Assembly: GCA_963758295.1 (NCBI GenBank)
Contig: CAVWUU010000001.1
Coordinates: 416,001 to 480,000 of the forward strand
Source: Candidatus Eremiobacteria bacterium
GTDB taxonomy: Bacteria > Vulcanimicrobiota > Vulcanimicrobiia > Vulcanimicrobiales > Vulcanimicrobiaceae
Direction: 5' to 3'
Length of the DNA stretch: 64,000 nt
Under the pieces are notes generated by a model. That model had not been told where the DNA came from and did not search any database. It was given only the letters and a program-made list of their open reading frames with translations. Both the position numbers and the translations under genes were made by a program. Positions within the stretch are counted from its first letter, which is position 1, and the number at the start of each line of letters is the position of its first letter. Below, piece after piece: positions 57,278-64,000 of this stretch.

Positions 57278-58630
57278 TCACGGCTTTTTCGGCTGCGTGA
57301 TCTGCGCGTTAGCGTAATGACTCCCGATCGCGCCGTCGCGAATGAAGTCGGCCATCATCTCGAAATACTCCGGCGCAAAGCGCGTCGAGAGACGCTCACC
57401 TTTTGCATTCAGCTCGTATAACGTCATTCCATGTTCCGCGCCGGGATAAACCGCGAGCGTGTATGCCCTTCCGCCGGCAATCAAGGACTTTATGCGCTTT
57501 GCCGTTACAGCGCTTGGAGCGTCTAAATCGTCGGCGCCGAGTACCCAAAGCTGCGGCGTCGTAGACTTCCTTAAAACCGGCATGGGTTGGTACTCGAACG
57601 GAGTTGTGTTCACACCGTACTCCTTGGCCGCCTCAACGATCTGCTTCTCGTTCAGAGGTAAGACGATGAAGAGAAAGTCGCCATGTACATCCTTGTACCA
57701 GCGCGCTGACCTATACTTCCGGCGCAAGCTATCGAACTTATTGTAGCCTTGTCTCCCGCCGGTCTCGACGACGTATTCGCCGGCGCGCGCAAGTTCTAGC
57801 GCCTTAGCGGTATCTGCAGCCGAGCGGTGGTGTAAATACATGTCGAGGGCGACGCTTTCCTGATCTTCTTCTAATACCGTAACGGCAAGTCCAAAGCTCA
57901 CAATCGCGAAATCGACATGAGCATGACTCGCCGCGATCGGTACGACCCACCCGCCTTCACTACCGCCTTGATAGCCGATGCGCCCAAGGCGCGAACCGGT
58001 GAGGCGTTTGGCTTCGTTCAGCGCGGCGACGGCATCCTCGGCAAGAACTTCGAAATTTTGCGTGTAGGTGCCGCCGGATGCGCCGGTTCCGCGCTTGTCG
58101 TACACGAACGCGCCAATACCCTTCGCGGGGAACATTCGTTGTAACGCGTAGAAGTCAAGAGCCGAATCGTGCTCTGAACCATGCACCAAGACAACGACCG
58201 GTATTTTTCCGTGACCTTTCGGTAGAATCAGCCGGCCGGCGAGCTTCGTGCCGTTGCTAAAGAAGGTGGTATTGGTCACATCGAATGCGATGCGCGTACC
58301 GTGCTCCTCTCCAAAAACGATCTTACCTTTGTTGCAATTGGAAAACGAAACGGTCTTGCCGTCCGGGCGACCGGTCCAGCCATAGGTACTCGTCCACGTA
58401 CCGTCCTTCTGCGGATGAAGCTGCCCTGTCTCGCCGGTGAACATACGCCACCGTAGCGTGCCCGCATCAGACGGCGCGATATCGACGGTTTTACCGTCGC
58501 TCAGCCCATAGGAGCCGATGTGACAATCTTTCATCGTATCGGTCGCGGCCCCGGCGGTCAGCGGCGGCGCCACGCAGATCAGGGACGAGATAATCGCGGA
58601 CAGCGCCGCAGCAATCAGTTTGCATTTCAC
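57278..58630 (-). CDS. Secreted alpha/beta hydrolase (S9/S15-like)
   Basis: Signal peptide, LVHGS, YDKRGTG.S.G, GGSEGG, GADD and GAEHG; probable GTG start at 58630. Confidence 0.88.
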   Translation of the reverse strand: MKCKLIAAALSAIISSLICVAPPLTAGAATDTMKDCHIGSYGLSDGKTVDIAPSDAGTLRWRMFTGETGQLHPQKDGTWTSTYGWTGRPDGKTVSFSNCNKGKIVFGEEHGTRIAFDVTNTTFFSNGTKLAGRLILPKGHGKIPVVVLVHGSEHDSALDFYALQRMFPAKGIGAFVYDKRGTGASGGTYTQNFEVLAEDAVAALNEAKRLTGSRLGRIGYQGGSEGGWVVPIAASHAHVDFAIVSFGLAVTVLEEDQESVALDMYLHHRSAADTAKALELARAGEYVVETGGRQGYNKFDSLRRKYRSARWYKDVHGDFLFIVLPLNEKQIVEAAKEYGVNTTPFEYQPMPVLRKSTTPQLWVLGADDLDAPSAVTAKRIKSLIAGGRAYTLAVYPGAEHGMTLYELNAKGERLSTRFAPEYFEMMADFIRDGAIGSHYANAQITQPKKP

Positions 58631-58729
58631 GCTTACCTTACGCCCGTGTTGGCATGTGTGTTTCACTCTCGTCACTCTGGCGACTCGACCGCGTTACTTC
58701 AGCTTTGCGTCGTCAACCATTCTCGCCGC

Positions 58730-58990
58730 TATGGCCGAGACGTTTGAGTTCCAAGCGACGAAGTGAGACGTTCTGCAAGACCGTTGGTAAGGACGACGGT
58801 TGCGCCGTCTTCGTCCGTGCGGAACACGGTTACCCCGAGTGTTCCAGAGTTGCAATCGTAGACGGGGCCGGGTGGCCGAAAACATTGTGGCGGCCGACCG
58901 AGATGATTGCGTATCGCGGGTGCACCGCGGCGATGAACTCCGGAGAAGAGCTGTATGCCGATCCGTGATGGCCAACTTTCAGAACATCGG
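58730..58990 (-). pseudogene. comEC: comEC 3' fragment C1 (metallo-beta-lactamase domain end)
   Basis: DVLKVGHHGSAYSSSPEFIAAVHPRYAIISVGRHNVFGHP...then, after a frameshift, VFRTDEDGA. Confidence 0.85.
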
Positions 58991-59177
58991 GGCTCTGGGT
59001 TGTTAATTAATTTGCGCGCTTGTTAAGGCGCGGCTTTTTGCGGTTTGCGTGCTAAATTCGGGGACTTGCGTGTTTTACTCGCGCAGCGGCTTCATGCGGC
59101 CAGCCAACCTCGAGTGGTATGCGTGTGCAATGGGTCGCAGCCAAGGAGCCCCGCTTTCTCGCGCTGCACCTGGTTGC

Positions 59178-59850
59178 ATGACAGCAAAAGAGGATCGAAA
59201 TCTGCGAGACAGGCTGGTCTTTGCGCGAGTCGGGTGGTGCAGGCTCTACAATGAAACTGCGGGCGACGAGCCGCTGCAAGGCGGCTCCCACAATAACGAC
59301 GAGGTCGGATCTGAGTTCGCCAACTTTTCAGTCGTTAAGGGTCGCGTGTACGGCTACGTGCGGCTTGGCTACGATGGCCAAGTGGTCCGCGTCATGGGTT
59401 CGCCGGACGCTGAAGTGGACGACGTGCCCATTGCGCTTTTCGCGACCGTATACGTTTGGCCGGGCTCGGCGAAGGACGCCATTCTTCTTCCCGTTCGCGA
59501 GCGCCGGTTGACCATTCCGAAGGGTAAGGGTGGAACCGGCCAGGCAAACGTAACGTATTCGCGCAACGCCGTCGGTCGGCTACGTAACGTTCCATGGATC
59601 AGTGAGGTACGTCGGTTCATTCAGTCGTACGACGGACCGTCGTTGGTGGGTCTAAGAAATGTTCAGTCCAACGAAGAGATAGTGGCGGACGAAGCGGAGG
59701 CGTTGCTCCGTGGTCAGAACATCATGCAGAACGCGCAGATGCGCGCAAGCATCGAGGACTACGCTATGCGGAAAGTGCGCGCGGCTCTGCGAAACGACGG
59801 ATACGAGGAAGTAGAAGACGTACACGATTGGCAATCGTTCGACTTCTGGT
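59178..59850 (+). pseudogene. Truncated nuclease-like gene (DUF3883/NO VEIN-like C-terminus cut)
   Basis: LVFARVGW...Y...GGS.N...E..NF and GQ.NV.Y; IEDYAM......GY..VEDV.....FD, after which the ORF runs into antisense comEC sequence. Confidence 0.5.
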
Positions 59851-59975
59851 GTCGCGTTCTATTCTCGCAGTCTGCCGTGCGTCGTTATACGCATAGCCGC
59901 CATAGCGTTGACCGCTATCGCAAACTCCGACACGGGAAAATCGCGCAAAACGACGGGCGCACCGCCGACGTGGTC
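59850..59975 (-). pseudogene. comEC: comEC middle fragment M1
   Basis: DHVGGAPVVLRDFPVSEF(frameshift)DSGQRYGGYAYND, homologous to fragment M2. Confidence 0.75.
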
Positions 59976-60100
59976 GCATAAAATCTTTCAGGCACACGAC
60001 CGCGGGAGCGCATGCGCCGTATGCCACAGAATAAGGCATCATGAAGGCTGCCGACACCTAACGAACGGTCGATCGTACATTACGAGGGAGGATCTTAACC

Positions 60101-61675
60101 ATGCGTCCTGTCCGCACTATTACCGCTCTAGCTTTCATCATTGTTGCTAGTCTGTGCTGTTTAGCCGTGGCAGAAGCGTCGTGCGGGCCGGCAGATCCAA
60201 CCGGGTACTACGAGGGCACCGCCCAGAGTAAGGAGGCCGGAGCGCTGAAAGTCACTATGAACCTGCGGTGCGACGGCCGTCGTTATAACGGCAGCATAGT
60301 TACGCCGGTTGGTACGTTTGCAATCGTCGACGGCAGCTACACGAACGGAACCCTCAGCTTGCAGTTCGGCGGTGGCGCCATCAATGATCGGGGGACACTG
60401 AACCTACAGATTAACGGGGATAGCGCCATAGGGTCTTTCAAACTCGCCGCCGATTCGGGCTCTTTTGCGTTAACGCGATTGGGGGATGCTCACGTGCTAG
60501 CATCGGTGACGCCCGATCTCGATATCACAAGGCAGCAGTGGCATGAGGACCTGCGGTTCCTAATGTCAGAGCTTACGACTAAACACGTCCAACCGTTCGC
60601 GTACACGTCGCGCCAAACGCTGCTGGACGACTCGGCGGCACTCGACCGGCAATTGGGCACGCTGAACTTCGATGAGATTTATATGGGCATGGATCACATA
60701 GCCAATCTTATCGGGGATGGCCATACATACGTGGAATTCCCGCCCGATCTCGCACTTTTTCCGATGCAGCTGCAGCGCTTCAATAACGATTACCGGGTTA
60801 TCGAAGCGACCGGAGAGGGCAAGAATGTACTTGGGATGCGCGTGGTGGCAATAGACGGAGTGCGCATTCAAAAGGCGCATGATGAACTTCTTGCAGCTAT
60901 CACGCCCATCGGTGAGACGAAGATACTTCGCGACGTACGGGCGCAGAATTTTTTGACCATCGGAATGGCGCTGCATGGAATCGGCATCATTTCCGAGCGC
61001 GATCGCGCAACGTACACGATTGAGGATGATTCCGGCCGCGTAAAGCAGGTAACTTTGAACGCGCTCTCGCCCGCACAAGCGGACGCGGCTCAGTGGAAGT
61101 GGGCATGGCAAAAGCGTCCACTGTTTCACCAGCGGCGAGACGATGATTTTTGGTACACGTATCTGCCGCACGCGAAGGCAGTATACCTCAGTTTTAGGGG
61201 CTACGAGAATCTGCCGTCGCTCGCTCCACGGTTCATGGATTTCGTGAAAACGAAGCGGCCCGCCAAAGTGATAGTGGATCTCCGATTGAACAGCGGTGGC
61301 GATTATAAAGCAGGTTTGAAGTATCTAGTCGACCCCATTGCCGCACTTTACAGCATAAACCGGACGGGGCATTTGTTCGTACTCGTGGGGCCGAACACGT
61401 TTTCCGCTGCAATGTCAAACGCGGCGCAGTTCCGGACCAAAACGCACGCGCTTTTAGTTGGCCAAACCATTGGCGAGCGGCCAAACAGCAACCAAGAAGC
61501 AAATGAGGAGCGGCTGCCCAATTCGCATCTGCTGCTTCGGTACTCGACGCGGCACTACGCATTCTTGCCGGGGAAGATCAATGAGATCGTTCCCGACAAG
61601 CAAATCATTCCCGCGTGGCCGCCGTTCCGATCTGGACGTGATCCGGTTTTGGAGTGGGCGTTAGCAGCGTACTAA
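60101..61675 (+). CDS. Secreted S41-like peptidase
   Basis: GGAGG RBS, signal peptide, W.EDL, DGHT, VDLRLNSGG, TFSAA, GERPN, PD and DPVL. Confidence 0.8.
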   Translation: MRPVRTITALAFIIVASLCCLAVAEASCGPADPTGYYEGTAQSKEAGALKVTMNLRCDGRRYNGSIVTPVGTFAIVDGSYTNGTLSLQFGGGAINDRGTLNLQINGDSAIGSFKLAADSGSFALTRLGDAHVLASVTPDLDITRQQWHEDLRFLMSELTTKHVQPFAYTSRQTLLDDSAALDRQLGTLNFDEIYMGMDHIANLIGDGHTYVEFPPDLALFPMQLQRFNNDYRVIEATGEGKNVLGMRVVAIDGVRIQKAHDELLAAITPIGETKILRDVRAQNFLTIGMALHGIGIISERDRATYTIEDDSGRVKQVTLNALSPAQADAAQWKWAWQKRPLFHQRRDDDFWYTYLPHAKAVYLSFRGYENLPSLAPRFMDFVKTKRPAKVIVDLRLNSGGDYKAGLKYLVDPIAALYSINRTGHLFVLVGPNTFSAAMSNAAQFRTKTHALLVGQTIGERPNSNQEANEERLPNSHLLLRYSTRHYAFLPGKINEIVPDKQIIPAWPPFRSGRDPVLEWALAAY

Positions 61676-61897
61676 CCTCGCACGACGTTCCGTCGCTTAT
61701 GATGGATATAGCGCCGTTTTCGTCGCTGCGGAAGACTCACACGCCGAAATGTTCGATTTCAAGCGTCGAGGACGCCGGATAGCCAAACGTGTTGTGGCGG
61801 CCTACTGAGATGATCCCGTATCTTGGATGAACCGCTGAGACGAATTGGGGCGACGAACTGTATGCTGAACCGTGATGGCCGATTTTGAGAACGTCGG
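61670..61897 (-). pseudogene. comEC: comEC 3' fragment C2
   Basis: DVLKIGHHGSAYSSSPQFVSAVHPRYGIISVGRHNTFGYP...GV*VFRSDENGAI (internal stop). Confidence 0.85.
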
Positions 61898-61989
61898 AGA
61901 CCTGCGTGGCTTATTGGACGACTTGCGTGCTAAATTCGCCGTTGAATTCTCCGTTTGACAAAACCGGGTCGACCTTGATCACCCACAGT

Positions 61990-62345
61990 AGAACATCGGC
62001 ATGCAGATCGATGCCTTCGTCCAAAAAGCGACGGTCGGCCGCGACGCCGGCATCGCCGGTGAAAAGCATCCGAAAGTGTTTGTATTCAAGGACGAATGCA
62101 ATCGAGTTATCGTTGATCGCGTTTCTTCCGTCGATGAACGGAAGCGACGGTCCGATGAACGTTAGCATCAGGCCGTCATCGGTCCGCCAGACGTCGCCCG
62201 CTCGGGGTTGAACGACGGGCACATAATTTGTTTCGGCGGTTTCGAGGCAGTCGTGGTATCCATGTCCGCCGTAGACTTGTCCGCTATCGGCAATTTCAGC
62301 TACGCGTAATCGCCGCAGCACCGGCGCGCAGCCACCGACGTGATC
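61990..62345 (-). pseudogene. comEC: comEC middle fragment M2
   Basis: DHVGGCAPVLR...DSGQ...NDNSI...FRMLFTGDAG...DLHADVL; starts abruptly inside the HxHxDH motif. Confidence 0.85.
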
Positions 62346-62369
62346 TCATAAAATCTTCCACTCACACGC

Positions 62370-62410
62370 TTGACAGCCGAGAAACCCTGTGTATACTGTG
62401 CATATAGACA
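62370..62410 (+). promoter_or_regulatory. Sigma70 promoter with YtrA-type operator
   Basis: TTGACA (62370)-16 nt-TATACT (62392); inverted repeat TGTGTATA-N7-TATAGACA (62388-62410). Confidence 0.7.
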
Positions 62411-62800
62411 TGCACAGTGGTTTCGTCATCTCCCGGTCGGATGGCCGGCCGATGTACCTCCAAATCATTGAGCAGATCAAGGAGCGGATCGCGGTCGGCG
62501 ACTGGCCTCGAGGGGCGGAGATTCCTTCGATTCGTCAGCTAGCGGCGTCGCTTCGCGTGAGCGTCATCACGATAAAGCGCGTCTACGAAGAGCTCGAGCG
62601 CGAGGGCGTGATCGTCACGCAACAAGGCAAACCATCGACCGTGTCCGACGACGCCAACGTCGGGCGCGTCGAACGACAACGATTTGGTCCAGCATATCGA
62701 GCAAGTCGCCCGGCTTGGAACGTTGCTTGGATTTTCCCCAAACGAGTTGGGCGCGCGAATGCGCGACGCCGCTGTACGATTGACGGAGGAAGCCCGATGA
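62410..62800 (+). CDS. GntR (YtrA subfamily) regulator, frameshifted near 62670
   Basis: PMYLQI.EQIK..IA.G, PSIRQLA..L.VS..T.KR.YEELEREG; alternative-frame tail ends at TGA 62798-62800. Confidence 0.85.
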
Positions 62801-63696
62801 ACGACGAGTTAGCGGTTTGTTTTGAAGGCGTCGGAAAGAAGTATCCGCACTTCACACTCGACCATATCGATCTCGAACTTCCGACCGGCCACATCATGGG
62901 GTTCATCGGTGCTAATGGTGCCGGCAAGTCCACGACATTCGAATTCTCATGGGCCTCGTTCGCCAGGATCGCGGCTACGGTTCGCGTTCTTGGGCATCCG
63001 ATGCCCGCGGAGCTCGTAGCGGCAAAACGTGATATTGGCTTCGTTTCCGAGGACATGCGGCTTTACAAGGGCGCGACAATCCAATGGCACATGGACTTCG
63101 TGCGATCGATCTTTCCGAACTGGGATGCGTCCTATGCACACGCTCTACTTAAGCGGTTTGACATCACGCCGCAACAAATGGTGAAGGGTCTTTCGCACGG
63201 CCAGCGCGTAAAGGCTGCGCTTCTCCTTGCGCTTGCGCGGCGGCCCAAGCTGCTTGTGCTTGACGAGCCTACCACGGGGCTCGATCCGGTGGCCCGCCAA
63301 GAAGTATTAGGCGCGCTGATTGAGGCACTCGTGGACGAAGAACGAACGGTGCTCTTCTCGTCCCAGAATACGATCGACGTCGATCAGATTTCCGATCGCA
63401 TCACGTTCATCGATCGAGGACGCATCGTGGACTCGGGCGACAAAGAAACGTTCCTCGATCGCTGGCGACGCATCCGCGTCGCAGTTCCCGACGGTGCGAA
63501 GATTCCATCGCTTCCCGGAGTCGTCGATGTGACCACCAGTGGACGCATAACGGTGTTGACGACTAACCGCTTTGATCCAGACGTATCGGCTGCCTTCGAG
63601 AACACGGGCATCGTGGTGCATGCGATCGACACGATGACGCTTGAAGAAATTTTTCTTTCCGAAGTAAACGGCCGCCGAGAGCGGGAGGCAGCATGA
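62797..63696 (+). CDS. ABC transporter ATP-binding protein
   Basis: GGAGG RBS, GANGAGKST, LSHGQ, LLVLDEPT.GLDP; short out-of-frame patch at ~62935-62977. Confidence 0.9.
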   Translation: MNDELAVCFEGVGKKYPHFTLDHIDLELPTGHIMGFIGANGAGKSTTFEFSWASFARIAATVRVLGHPMPAELVAAKRDIGFVSEDMRLYKGATIQWHMDFVRSIFPNWDASYAHALLKRFDITPQQMVKGLSHGQRVKAALLLALARRPKLLVLDEPTTGLDPVARQEVLGALIEALVDEERTVLFSSQNTIDVDQISDRITFIDRGRIVDSGDKETFLDRWRRIRVAVPDGAKIPSLPGVVDVTTSGRITVLTTNRFDPDVSAAFENTGIVVHAIDTMTLEEIFLSEVNGRREREAA

Positions 63697-64000
63697 GTTT
63701 CTCAATGGTTCAAAGGCTGGTCGCTAAGGATTGGTATCTGTTGCGCCTGCCTCTCGTCGGCTACGTTAGTGGAGGCGTCCTAGCGCGTGCTCATGTTGGC
63801 GACGGGCGGCGAAGCGATGTTCAACGTTGGGACCATTCTGATCATCACGCTCCTCATCGCTTTGGGAATGCATGTGGTGATGGCGACGGTTGTCGGTGAG
63901 CGCATGGAACATACGCTGCCGTTCGTTATGAGTCTCCCGGTTTCAATTGCGCAGTACACCCTGGCGAAGATCGTCGCGAATGGTTCACTGTTTCTGAGCG
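63693..64000 (+). CDS. ABC-2 type permease (partial, frameshift ~63785, runs off the window)
   Basis: RLV.KDW; second frame gives TM segments and ER...TLPFVMSLPVS. Confidence 0.75.

Larger units (their letters stand above)
58981..62368. mobile_element. Nested remnants of comEC-integrated elements (att-like junctions; no integrase in the window)
   Basis: AGAACATCGG at 58981 and 61990, AGAACGTCGG at 61888; TTGCGTGCTAAATTCG at 59045 and 61923; 29/34-nt repeat at 59965 and 62335. Confidence 0.65.

Noticed and set aside
59971..59998. dif-like Xer site (TGGTCGCATAA-AATCTT-...)
   Set aside because: Only one arm resembles a XerC site and the XerD arm is absent; kept only as a generic att-like junction
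61975..61987. Tn7-like terminal TGTGGG
   Set aside because: No clear 5-bp target duplication, matching opposite end or tns genes
62389..63696. Apparent GntR-ABC ATPase fusion (435 aa)
   Set aside because: A frameshift near 62670 explains it: the true GntR tail is in another frame ending at an ATGA overlap (62797-62800), and the ATPase has its own RBS

Overview
GC-rich bacterial window. The gene style (LxxC-GGG lipoproteins, a TonB-dependent receptor with an N-terminal carboxypeptidase-regulatory-like domain, stand-alone peptide-binding proteins) suggests a diderm soil lineage such as Eremiobacterota; this is inference only. From left to right: (1) a Phi-1/EXORDIUM-like lipoprotein, an HxlR-SCP2 regulator and DUF2277; (2) a candidate peptide-utilisation locus with asparaginase II, a peptide-binding protein fused to a cyanophycinase-like domain, a LAL regulator, a TonB-dependent receptor and an S9 peptidase; (3) a serine hydrolase-BlaI-M56/TonB module; (4) an aldo/keto reductase, a VPS10/BNR protein, a DnaJ-like protein and msrA; (5) two lipoproteins and a ~17.5 kb glycine-rich autotransporter (about 80 AQSxGGGGG repeats, a 10-unit super-repeat, at least 8 frameshifts) facing an IalB-like gene; (6) a coupled three-gene operon of a DGGA-repeat peptide, a JmjC oxygenase and a sucrase/ferredoxin-like protein, the best candidate for an undescribed RiPP-like system; (7) tRNA-Cys; (8) an accessory tract in which cargo genes alternate with four comEC fragments broken at two recurring junctions with repeated flanking motifs, a candidate comEC-targeting integration hotspot; (9) a YtrA/ABC operon. 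Scattered small indels right of ~36 kb may be sequencing errors. All family assignments come from motif recognition, not database searches.
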